Part shown: positions 1-12,800 of the stretch, in pieces
Numbering within the stretch: the stretch's first letter is position 1
How the letters are laid out: each line of letters starts with the position of its first letter
Assembly (NCBI GenBank): GCA_012026655.1
Contig: JAAILG010000206.1
Span: forward strand, 1 to 64,000
Source: Hydrolagus affinis
Lineage: Eukaryota
Direction of reading: 5' to 3'
Length of the DNA stretch: 64,000 nt
The notes under the pieces: model-generated
Databases searched by the model: none
The model's input: only the letters and a program-made list of their open reading frames with translations
Told to the model about the DNA's origin: nothing
Translations under genes and position numbers: made by a program

Positions 1-72
1 TGTGAGAGAGACACAGAGACACAGACAGAAAAACACAGAGATGGAGAGAGTGAGAGACACAGAGAGAGAAAG
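1..72. repeat. Degenerate (GA)n/(CA)n microsatellite
   Basis: gagagagacacagagacacagacag... run. Confidence 0.85.
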
Positions 73-257
73 ATATTTATCTCCTGAGGAGATAGGCCCC
101 GAATGCGCGCGCACCCGGAATGCGCGCGCACCCGGAATGCGTGCGCTGCGCGCGCATGCTCAGTACGAAAAACCCGAAAATATCGATATTTCGGTATATC
201 TCGATATGAGCCAATCGATATATCTAAATCGGAAAATTTCCATATCGACGGATCCTA
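73..257. mobile_element. End of a putative non-autonomous DNA transposon (hAT/Ac-like terminus)
   Basis: CpG-rich, with repeated ATATCG/CGATAT subterminal motifs and a 17-bp tandem unit. The terminus reads TAGGATCCGTCGATAT on the minus strand and abuts a SINE tail. The other end is outside the window. Confidence 0.5.
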
Positions 258-365
258 ATATACAGTCAATTCACTTTACAGTATATTCTGTGAAGCGCTT
301 TGGGATGTTGATAAAATGTGGAAAGTGCTATATCAAATGCAAGGATTATTATTATTATTATTATA
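258..365 (+). mobile_element. SINE 3' tail fragment
   Basis: atatacagtcaattcactttacagtatattctgtgaagcgcttt...tgcaagg(att)n, shared with about 15 other copies in the window. Confidence 0.85.
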
Positions 366-810
366 TGGCATTTTTGGGTGGTCAGCCGGGTGTATGACAC
401 ATGCGGAAACCCATGAACATGCTTAAGAATATGCAAACTAAGATGAAAATTCCATGCAGTTCAAGATCTGCTGAATAACTGGACACAGCAGTGGCCAGTT
501 AGAATTAGACAGCAGAAGATAGCTGCCAGCTTCAGTTAACAAGACATGTGGGAAGGCTGTGAGATTCACTGGGTCATCCTCTAACTTCAAAACACATGTG
601 ACAATGGGCTAATGATGGAATGGAACATTGTCGGCCATATTTAATAAACTGCATAAAACTCAAACTTGGATTACAAAACTTTCAAGGTTTTTCTTAGAGG
701 TGATTAAACACTTAATTTGTTGTGTCAATATTCATGTGATATAATTCTCAAGAATATTTTCCTATTGAAATACAATAGTTAAAAGCATATCATCAGAATT
801 TCTACCTTAC

Positions 811-846
811 CATTTCCCCCCTGTTTCCTTTTTGTCCTTTTGGACC
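811..846 (-). CDS. COL24A1: COL24A1 exon, 36 nt, [12 protein letters not shown]
   Basis: cag/GGT...ATG/gtaagg. Confidence 0.92.
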
Positions 847-3800
847 CTGTGTGGAAAGAAAAATAATACTTGTTAAATTATGTTCAAATAGCTGAATCCT
901 GATTTACAAAATCAGAAATAATTTGCCCGGGTCAAGACATTTGTTGGCCATTTTTTGTTAATGAATGGCTAATTGATAACATATCTAAATTTTTTGAAGA
1001 GCTCCAATTTAGAATCAATTACTGGCAGAGGAATTTTGTACTTGGATTGTGTGTAAAATTACTTCAAAGGTCTTACTGCAACTCTAGGAAGGATTGAGAC
1101 ATTCGGTTAATTGAAAGCGAAGGGTTACAGACATTGCACTTGGAGCTTGTCCAATACCGATGATGTAAAACAATTCGCTTTGCTTGCATATTTAATTTTG
1201 TAATATTCTATGGATGGTATACATATTAAGGCAGACACAGGAATTACTCCATAAAAACACAATGCATAAGCAGAAGAATCTATCTGTGCCAAATACTGGA
1301 TCTCGCATCCCCCACATCTGTACTGTCTTCTTGGCTGCAACAGCATTCTTGGGACGCTTTATGAGAGAAATTAAGTGTTCAAGAAGGAAAAGTTGAAGTT
1401 TAAGGTTATGTATCAGTAGCTCACTGTAAATAACACAAACTAGATTCTGGAGGGCCTTTTCCTGACGTTTTCTTCAATGTTGTGAGTGTGTTCTGATGCA
1501 TTCTTGTTTATACATGGCGATATAATTAAAACCTCAGATAGCTCGCCCCAGCACCTTCACACATCAGGCACTGGCAGCATCAACCTCCATGGTTGCACAC
1601 TCCATCTCACCAAGCCAGTCAGGAACCTAGGTGTCTTGTTCGATCCTCGACTGTCTTTCCTCCCCCACATCAAAGCCATGACCCGCTCTGCCTTCCCTCA
1701 CCTCCACAACATTGCCCGACTCCACCGCTACCTCACCCCTCGGGCCGGTGAAACTCTCATTCATGTCTTCATTACATCCAGGTTTGACTATGCCAATGCC
1801 CTACTTGTCGGCCTTCCCAATTCCTCCCTCCATAAGCAGATCATCCAGAACTCTGTGTCCCTTGTCCTCTACCCCTCCAAGCTGCGTGACCCCATCTCCC
1901 CCATTCGTGACTCCATTGGCTCCCCATTACCCAGAGGATTGAATTCAAGATCCTGGTCTTCACCTTCAAAGCTCTCCATGGCTTCTTCCCACTTCTATCA
2001 CTGTGAACTCCTAACCCCCTACCAACTTGCCTGCCCCCTCCATTCAGCAGGCTCTGGCCTGCTCCTTATCCCCTGCCCCACCATTGACGGGCGAGCCTTC
2101 AGCCATTCTGTCCTAACCTCTAGAATTCCATCGCGCAGTCCCTAGGCTCCTTCAAGTCCCACCTCAAGGCCCTCCTCTTTGACGGTCCCATCAGTCACCC
2201 CAAATCCCCTCCTTTCCTGCTCCTTGGGTCGTCCTCCTGAAGTGAAAGGCACTCTACAAGTTTAATTTAGTTGTTGTTGTTTCCCTCCACCCTCCCCAAT
2301 GCCGACCCCAGCTCGGGTCTGAAACATTGACTGTTGAGCGCCTAGGGATGTTCACCTGTAGTGGAAGGCACTATACAAATATAATTTTGTTGTTGTTGTT
2401 ATTGGGCATCAGACATGTTTGTTTTTCACAAGTTAGAAATGTTGTACTTACAGGTTTTCCTGCAGGACCCACTATTCCTGCTGGTCCAACTGGTCCAGTG
2501 TATCCCTTCAAATGAACATCAAAAATCTGAATTAAAATTTTAGTAAAAAATTAACATATACAAGTACATGCTACATGGGACGTCCTCCCGATGTGAAAGG
2601 CGCTCTACAAATGTAATTTTGTTATTGTTGTTGTACAGAGTTGTTGGATAATTGAGTTTTAGGGATGAAGTAACATAGATGAAAGGTTTATTTCTCTCAT
2701 GTTTGCCCTGGGCAAACTTGTTTGGCATCATCACTCCTTGAATTTACCGATAAGATAAGAGGAAGCTGCAGTGAGTTACCAGAAAAAGAATTGAAGCGGT
2801 CAGAACCCTGGACTCATTTAAGAAATAGTTTGGTGGTGTAATAGGGAGGCAACATGTGATAGGTTGAAAGCAGGAGATCATCATCAGAAACTGTTATCTA
2901 TGGCAATTGAGGACACATGAGCACAAGGACAGAACCTCCCATATTTATCTCCTTGCTGATGGAAATGTTCTCAACCTATGCTTAGATCCCACTCAGGTGT
3001 CCTGTCTGGAATACAGACATTTTCACATGAAAAGTCATTGGAGGAGAGATTAATATCGATAGTCGCCATTCCACCATGTACAAAGGAGCAGTGCCAAAAG
3101 CATGTAAAATGATTAAGAGACAAATTTACTTACAAACAGTCCTGGAGGCCCTTTCGGACCACGAATTCCTGCATAACCGAAGTCTCCAACAGGCCCCTAT
3201 CAAAACATCACACAAATGTTCCACTATTTAGCTAATAAATGCTGACTCATTAATTTTATTCTATGCGCACAAAATCACAGTTTGATGTATTATCTATACA
3301 TTATCTAACATTACCGCAAAAAATTCACATCAACACAATTCAAATGAGAGTGATTTCAGTGTTGGAAAATGGAGTGTCCAGTGCCAATGTTAAACACTGC
3401 GGACAGGTGTAGGCAGAGCTAGATGCAGATCGTTTCGCCCACAAATATACAGTCAATTCACTTTGCAGTATATTCTGTGAAGCGCTTTGAGAGGTCTAGA
3501 AGACATGAAAAGCGCTATATTAAACGCAAGGTTTATTATTATTAATCTCTGCTTCAGTTCTATGTACCTTTGGACCCATGAAGCCCGGAAAACCCATCAT
3601 TCCTTGATCACCAGATTCTCCCTGTAAGAACAAAACAATGTTATGAAATCAAAACCCTTCGCAGAAATTTCCGAAGGGATATTTTCACTAATAATCTCAC
3701 AAACTGTAAGTGAACAATTATTCAAATTTGAATTGGGCTAAAATATTTCATGGGATAAATTAGTTTTACTCAATTAGACTGTTGTTGCTGCAGAACACTT

Positions 3801-6800
3801 ACTGGATGTCCTTTTGCACCAGGTTCACCAAATGTTCCTTGATTACCTTGCACTCCAAACCGACCTCTTTTCACACCTGGCTGCCCAGATTCACCAAGTA
3901 AACCTTTCTCTCCCTGTCAAGGTATAAATGTTATTATACAGCACAGTTGAAAGGAAATATTTTAGATGGAGTAATTCTAAAATACCAATCTATTACAATA
4001 TAGAAAAAACATCAGCGGTGAGACACAAGGGTACATATGTAACATACAATCAGAGAATATAATTAATAACTAATAGGTTTAGTTAAATAAATTCTGATAA
4101 AAGGACAAACTATTATTAGCAGTAACAATTTCTCAATTAAATATTTTAGTATTACCTGCTCTAATCTGAGAAAATTTGAATGGCATGATATCGAATTTGA
4201 AAGTTTGAAGTGCAAAATTCAAATTTTATGACATGATTAAACAAGACTATGGTAGGAAATACAAAGAGCTATGTCGATTCCCAGATACTGCTATGAATCA
4301 TATTTCCTGGTAGGTGAGAATTAGCATGGACATGAGATTACCTGAAGTTGATGGCATCGGTTAACACTTCAAGGACTGACAGGTATATATTACTTGTTGA
4401 GAAAAATTGCCACCATTACAGGCTTCAAGAAAAATTAGAAGAAATGTTTTATATATCTCTCTGAGGGCTTAAATATGCTATTGGATGGAAAGGAGAGTCT
4501 ATTACATAATAACAAAGCATTCAAATATTGACCATAAATAAGCATTATAGTGAAAACGTTTGATTGATGTTGGCATAACTTGGGTATACGTATGAACAAT
4601 AATTTACCCAGCATCTGGAAACTGTTAAGAAACCCTGATCACTGAACTTTGCAATCTGATATTCATGAACCAGAATTCACACTTATTGCACCAAATCCAG
4701 TTTGCAAATATTACATCCAAACACGATTTACTGCTTTGAAAACACTGAAACCAACATTTAAATACCTTTGTTCCTCGTTGACCTCGGTCACCTAGTAAGC
4801 CTGGCCTCCCGGGTGGTCCTCGTAACCCTGGAAACCCTGCCAGCCCTGATAATCCTGGCTCACCTAGATTGCCCTGTAAAAAGCATATTTCTGTCATTAG
4901 GACATTAATTTGGATGTCAGGCTGACTTGAGTTGAATTCCTAGTCTAGACCGACAGTCCAATACTGTGCTGGGGTGTGCTGCACCGTCCTTTGGATGAGA
5001 TGCTTTTACCCAAGGCCCTGAAATGCCAATTTCAAGCAAGAACGCTGTCCATTACGGACTAACGTAGCTTAGACTTGGCAATGTGTAAAATGGTACATAG
5101 AAGGACAAAACAGAATTCGATGTGTTAAATTCAAACTTCATTTCACAGTTTTAACTTCAAAAAGGCAACTGTGAACTCCACCATGGGTTTGTGCAGACAA
5201 TAATGAAAAAGAAAGCCTTTCAAATTATATGGTTTGTTGACCACAGTAAATGAGTATACCCAAGACGATGTTTCAAAGTATAACACTTCAAAGTCAAATT
5301 CTATTACCTATGAGTCAACAGGTGTGCAAAATTGTTCTCCTCAGACACAGAGGACATGCTGCTTTGTTCTAAGAGACATTAAGGCGTGTTAACCAAGGGG
5401 TCGCAGTCATCAAAGTTGTAGAGTTCAATCAACCGATTGTTTTGTACATGCTGATGGAAGTTTCCACAACAACAACAGTACACAGCTATGGGTGAGTGGC
5501 AATATTTTGTCTATCTATACATCTTTGAAGCACATAATTCATTAAGAAAAGCAAACTGTTGACATTTCACAAAGAAATGCATCGTTCACCACCTTCCTCT
5601 GCTCATTAACAGTGAACACACTGAAAGGGCAATTTGCACATGTGGATATATGAAGTGATTTGAGGTAATTCCCCATAAATCCTAAGATATTACCGAATAC
5701 CAGCAAGTGATTTCCCAGAAAATCCTGCAATGAGTGCTTAAGAGCAGAACTATTCAAAATTAAAAAGAGAGATGAATCACAATTAATTCCCTAAAGGATC
5801 AATTCCAGGATTGCTACCATTTCATGGTTAGTAAAAGGTAAAATAAATATGTGGAGTTTGTTTATTATAAATTAAATTCTATCTCAGAGCCTATGCAATG
5901 ATAGCAGTGATTGAGGAAGGGACACACAGAAGTTTACATAGAAATTTAGGAGAAACTTTAATTGAGGTTTAATTTATCTAATGACCCAGAAAACGTATTG
6001 AAAAACAGTAGAGGCGCACAGAAAATCAGAAATGATCAAAAGTGTTTAGAATTTTTTAAAAATAGACCATTTTGTAAAAAGTACAGATCGTACTATCTGT
6101 GATGGGCTCTTAAATGCAATGATTATTATTATTATTGAATCACTTAGTAATTGAAGTGATTTGGGAAGAAGAAACAGTTATTTTCATTTCTCTCCCTAAA
6201 ATGGTTTGTGTCAAGAGTTGAGGAACAATCTACTAATAAGTGCTAAATGCCACGTTGGGTTCAAATATAATTGAAGAGTTGGTCACACAAGCAGTTCCTT
6301 AGTACAGCTAAAGAGCTTTAGAGTTTCAAAGGGACCATTTTAGTGGCAAACTGACACAGACTGAATTGGTTTACACTCTACATTTATTGGGGGTGAGTGC
6401 CGCATTGTTGGAAGTGCCATCTTTTGGATGAGACTTTAACTGAAGTGCTGTCTGCTTGTTCAGGTGGAAGGTAAAAGTCTTGTGGTAGTGTTTGAAAAGA
6501 GAAGGGGGATTACTTTGGTGTTTTCACAACATTCCCCACATGAAATATTGCTTGTTCATTTCATGGCTGGTTGGGGGACATTGCTGGACGCAAGTCACTG
6601 CACTTTAAAGAAACCTCTACAGTGTTTTGAGATGTTTCAGTGTGATAAGAGCTGTATCATATGCAATGGTCATTATTTACATAGCTGTGATAAAATTCAC
6701 TTTTCTGTTGGCTTTGAAAGCTTTACAGAGCACATATTGCTATGCAATATGCAAAGGTATTTATATTGTGGTCTCTTCCAACACCGTTTTTGCATGGACT

Positions 6801-9800
6801 AATGCAAATAGTAGTTAAATGGGGCATAAATAATTTAACTTGCATTCTGTGTGTTGCAGTTCAAGCGGGGTAAAATAATGCTCACACGTACAGAATCGTT
6901 CAGTCACAGCAATGTTTCATGTCAGTGGAATATTTGATTTGGCAGCAGCAGTCCTACTTACATAAGGCAAAGGAGATTCTGGAAGATGAGGCATGAACCT
7001 TTGAAAATAATTTATTGGCAAAAATACAACTATTTGGCACAAGGAGAACAGCAACGTCTTTGTAACCATTGGCTCAGTGGAGATTCACTTGTACCACCTC
7101 TAGTTGACGTTTCACCCACAAATATACAGTCAATTCACTTCACAGTAAATTCCGTGAAGCTCTTTGAGACTTCTAGAAGATGTGAAAAGTGCTATATCAA
7201 AATGCAAGGATTATTATTATTAGCTGTTGCATTTTAGTTGAAGCTTCATGTATCAAGAAGCTACAGATTATATAGATGGTTCCAAAGCTGCACAATTCAA
7301 ATAATAGTAATAATTATAATCCTTGCAGTTGATGTAGTGCTTTATCATGTCATTAAGATGTCTCAGAGGTTTCACGAAATATACTGTAAAGTGAATGGAC
7401 TGCATATTTTGTGGATGATATCGAAATATAGGTGGGAGAGACAGTCATGGGATGGCCTCTTCATCATTGTTTTTTGCAATCCTAGTGCATTAAAGGCACT
7501 CCAAAAAATGGAAGCAATTGTATGGAGACATATAGCTCATAGTCCTGTAGCTCAGTGGTTAGAGCACTCGCCTTACAAGCGAGAGACATGGGTTCAATTC
7601 CAGGCAGGGCAAAACCTTGGGCAAGTTTCCTTATTCCACACGCCTAATAATAATCCCTCAAAAAAAAAAATTGGTCTTTTTAATCTACGACTGTTTGTGG
7701 TTTGCTGCTGTGTGCAATTGACTGCCGCGTTTCGCCCACATTTACACTATATTCTGTGAAGTGCTTTGAGGCATAGAAGACGTGAAAAGCACTATATCAA
7801 ATTCCAGGACTATTATTATTGTACGTTCTACCTGCTCTTTCTCCCTGGAACCTGTTAAAATGAAGAAACAATGACACCTCACTCAATTTTTGGTCATCAA
7901 GATTACAAAAGGTAGTGTCGTGGAACATACAAGTGCATTTATTCTGCATGTTTGTCAGTTTAGTTCATGTGATTTCTCAGCAACATTGGTGCACTATTCA
8001 CTTACAGGATATCCTGCCATTCCGGTCAGACCAGGTCTTCCTATATTTCCGGGATTACCTTCTCGACCTAGGTAACCTGCTGCTCCTTTCTGACCCTTTT
8101 GTCCAGGGATCCCCTGGAAAACCAAGAAAATAGTTGCTTGGAGTTTCCTGTTTTTAACAAAAAATATATTCATTCAATTCTCTTCCTCCCACTGCAAGTT
8201 GGACAGTGATGTGGATTGTTATCCAGAGTGAGTCTTAGCTGTCTCTATGTAGGTTGTCAAGGGTGCCACTGCACGATTACTTGTTCTGACTTGTAATCTG
8301 TACAAACTAGCCATAAAATAACAGCTCAGTCAATCCCAACTCAAACTGCTTTCATGTAACACACTCAACGAATAAAAGCAGCTCACCTTTGGCAACGGTA
8401 ACCAAACCCAAATGTTTAGAGGCAGGAGAGGAAGACAAATCTGGGGCTCAAACACATGGCTTCCTGGCTACCAGCTAAGCATTTATACCCAGGAATATTA
8501 AGGTTCAGCTACAACTCCATAGCTGCAAAGTGCCATCTTTAAAATCATTGGCATACAACTATAATAGGGCGAGATCAATCAACAAGCAATTTGAACCTTG
8601 ATATTCCTGTGTATTATAGGCTTACCCCAGCGCCTTGGGACGTGAAAGGCGCTATACAGACATAATTTTGTTGTTGTTGATATGATACAAAGAAAACACG
8701 CATAATTTGTACCTCTTTAACACCTCTTTGCATTAATAACTGATATGAATTCCACCCACCCACTATTTTTAATATAAATTTGCGATGAATGAAACGGTGC
8801 TCATAGAGTGAGCTGTGGAAAATTGTCTCAGAACACTGATAGTTACAATGTGCAACTCTAGAGACACTAGTTAACAATACAATACTGTAGTTCTGCGAAA
8901 CATTTTTAAGTAACAAAATGCTTCTGGTAGTAGTAATATTAATCCTTCCAGTGTTAAGAGAGTGCAAGTACAATTTGAGCTACTTACTGGGAGTCCTGCG
9001 TTGCCTGTTTTACCACGAGCTCCTTTAGTCCCTTTTAGACCCTGGAATGGTAAATAGAGTTCAGAATTTGGTGCAAAATAAACTCTGATTATAATAATAA
9101 TATTATATATGCAATAACAAGTATGTTTCATAATCAGGTCCCATGACGTTTCCTCCCACTACAGGATTTTGTGTCGGCTTGTTCTTATCTGGCATCACTA
9201 GAAATCTTTACGGAAAACACAGGATGTCAATCATTATGCATTAAGTGACCAAGGGTAGTAAAATGAATCAAGCGGAAAGCTGTTATGAGCCTGCACTTAA
9301 CAGGGATGGGAACACACCTAATTATCACCAGAGTCAAACAAAGTGCAAAACATCAGTGTCCCTGTGAGGTGGACCATTTTCAGGTTGTTCTTCCACTTGC
9401 TTATGGAAAAAGATGAGAATTTATCACCATCAGCAATTATAAACCTCAACAGATGTTTGGTGTCTTTGACAAGCGTGCATATAGGTGAGAGGGAAAATGT
9501 CAGTACGCTGCATAAGGTAAAGCATTGAAACGAGGAACATTAAGTCCTTAATCAAAAAAATGCTTAAAGTTAGGAGTGAAGAGAGAGAGATAGAGATCAA
9601 TTTTTTTCTATTTTCTTGTTCGCACTGGAGACATCTGCTCATAGAATCAAGGAAATTTTAGCACAAAAGCTTCAATACCATTATCATTTCTGTATTTTTA
9701 AATTCCTGAATACTGCTGTGCATCAAGAACCTTCAGAGAAGATCAAAACAGAGATCAGAACACTCACAAGGCAGACATTTATACTGTAATAAGGAAAAAC

Positions 9801-12800
9801 AGTAAACAATCTGGGGTCGATCAAATGCAGGTCATAACAGACAACCTTCTTTATTTCATGTCCATTTAATTTGTACTGGGACAGATTTAAAATAATGTCT
9901 TCATATCCAATATGTATGAAAGAATGAAACGTTATGTAAACTTCACCGCTTACAGCTGGAGAATCCAGATGGTAGAGACGTAAACCATCTTTGTCTAAAC
10001 GCTTTGCTATGATCATTTCTTATTGTGTGTCAAGTCAAAATTAGAGCCGTACTATATCAGTAGGAGTCCTGAATCAGACTGGATTTGCTTTTATGTCCAT
10101 TTAATTAAAAATACAATAAAGTTTATCAGAAAAAAAGGGAATAATTTCTTCCAGAAGGATATCATTAATGGATGGAGCAAATGCCTACAGGATAGTAAAC
10201 TTGGTTCAATGTAAAAAACTCTTGATGGACACCTCTCTCTTTCCCCCCTCCTCCTGTGCTCCACAAAAGTCCCTGTGAGGCTTTCTGAGAAAGTATCCTA
10301 ATGTGAAGAGTGCTATATAAATACAAGTTGTAGTTGTCACTATACTCGATTGCAAAATAATACTTGTAAAAAAAAACTGTTTGTGATAGTTCAACAGGAT
10401 TAGGACTTATAAAAATACTAGCTCTTCCTTTATCAACAAGAGTGCTCTTTCAGGTTGGTTGGTTAATTTCAAAGGTACAGAATCCAGTGAGCAACAAATA
10501 TGTACCAATTACAGGCAATAAACTCAAAAGCAAAAGAAAAATAGAAAGTGAGCGAGAACGAGTGAGAGATTGTTCTGCATTGGGACTACAGTGATTTTCA
10601 TTCAGCCAAGCTGTGGAAAAGACAGGTTTAGTTCCAGACCTGGAGAACATATTCTGTCAACAAACTGAAGTCTCGTGAAAAATGCGTAGGAAAATCAGTG
10701 TAGAGTTACAGAAACTGATGTCTAATACTAATACTGCTTCTCTATTATATAGCTTGTCAGCAGAGAAATATCAGAGACAGAAATAACATACTTCAACTGT
10801 CTATCCCTGAGCAGGCTTGCGCATTTCATTTTGAAATCACATCACCATAGAGCTTTCAATAGGAAGGCATACAGAAGTCTACATATGCAATAGCATTAAT
10901 CCTAATTGTAATACACTCATTAATATGTGGTCACTATTCTGTGCCCACTGTTATGTGCCAAATTGTTGTTAAGAGTCATGTCGCATGGAAATCAATTAAC
11001 AGTAGATCAATAATAATCCTTGCATTTGATATAGTGCTTTTCACATCTGCTAGAACTCTCAAAGCACTTCACAGAATATACTGTAAAGTGAATTGACTGT
11101 AGTTTTTGTGGGCAAAATGTGGCAGCCAATAGCATACAGCAGTGTCCCACAAATAGTCAAGGATTGAAATGACCAATTTCTTATTTTTTTAAGGGATTAC
11201 TATTAGGTTACCTTACATAAAAATAACAATAAATTGCATTCATATAGCATATTTCACATCAGAAGAACATCCCAAGGTTCTAGACAGTGAAGGGTTTGCA
11301 CCCAAACTGGGGCATGGTAAATTCCCTATCATCAGGTATCACCAGAGATTAGGTGACTGCCACCTCCGTCTGATTTATTTACTAACCTGGGATCCTTTTT
11401 CTCCTTTATATCCTGGTTCACCTGCTTCACCTGGATTTCCCTTGGTGGAGGAAAAGCAAAAGTACGGCTATAAATACTTTGGCTTTTAGATCATTAATGT
11501 TTAAAAGTTTTTTTTTGAATATAAGATAAATTAAAAGGTTTTTTGAATATAAAATAAATTACCGGCACTCCTTGCTGCCCAGCAGCACCTCTTAATCCTG
11601 GTATACCATCATAACCCTATACATATTAGATAAAATAACAAAATGTTTATCCCGCATATCTGAGAAATATGGGTACAGGCAGATCTGAGTAAATGAATAA
11701 TTTACTCCTATCCTATCAAGGCACATAATGTTCCTTGTCAAATTAGTTATGTGTTTTAACAAGCCCACTGAATAAAGACATCATCATAGTCATGGGGAAT
11801 CTTATTACTGGCTTCATGCCAACTGACTGAACACTTGGCATCAGTAGTTTCATTGCCCAGCAATCAAAGACACAGAATAAACCCTACAACCAAGTACTGT
11901 ACACATGTGCCACTCTTCAGTGTCAGTCTATTCTATTAGGCACAGGCACATTCTCTATCAGCATTGGCTCATGCAAGTCAAACTACATTAAATGTTCATT
12001 AGTTTATAAGTATTTGGCAACAAAATATTCTTGGTTTGCATACCCTCGACTCTATTAGATGGAAACAGAGCCAAGCATTTCCTTTAAGGTTTGGGTGTAG
12101 CCTTGACAAATAAATTATGTGAAATTTTGCAATTATACAGAGATGACTTAAATCTCAAATTACTGCTATAATTAACTGAATGAGAATAAATCACTATCCA
12201 ATGTATAGTATATGGGTGAAAGGTTGTATCTTCTGTTGTGTGGAATGGTGATGGTGTAGAGTTGTGTAGTTTAATACAGTCAACAGGATACCATCGAAGG
12301 ACTGATTGGAGCACCTGCATTGCTTGAATAATTGACCAAAGAATTTATCTGCAGAGCATCTGTCTACAGAGCCTGGAATATCCATCTATAAAGCTGGAAA
12401 ATGTCCTACTAAGCTTCCCATGGGTGTCTGGTTGTATGTCTGTGTGTGAGGGTAATGATAATATTTCTAAGTGTTGATTCAGAAGGTTATTCTCTGCCTG
12501 TCAGTAAACTTGCACAGTGGAAAAATCACATGCAGGAGGTCCGATACATGTCAATTTCAAATGGAGTTCTTTAATTAAGAACTTTCTTTGTGGTCAACCT
12601 GTGTCCGTCTATAGGTACAGGCAATATACTTCATAGACACTTTGTGAGAAATTCTCAATGTAATAGAATATAGAATATTATAGCACAGTGGGCAATCATT
12701 CAGCCCATTGTGCCTGCTCTGGCTCTTTGGAAGAGCGACCTAATCAGTCCCATTCCGCCGCTCTTTTTCCCATGTCCCTCTAATTGTTTTTCAGATTATT

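Noticed and set aside
101-146. CRISPR-like or iteron-like array
   Set aside because: Contiguous 17-bp tandem units without spacers, in vertebrate intron DNA.
2-397. 131-aa ORF
   Set aside because: It is a translation of microsatellite, transposon end and SINE tail.
1486-2145. 219-aa ORF (and ORFs at 22237, 43209, 44286, 56467, 62298) as host genes
   Set aside because: These are truncated, frameshifted L2/CR1 ORF2 remnants or alternate frames of them.
7541-7612. tRNA-Val(TAC)-like gene (also at 33283, 40940, 53750, 57095)
   Set aside because: No proper acceptor stem, variable anticodon loops among copies, and always fused to the SINE body. These are SINE heads.
7238-7759. 173-aa ORF and other short intronic ORFs
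   Set aside because: They run through SINE copies or AT-rich intron with no recognisable domain or splice structure.
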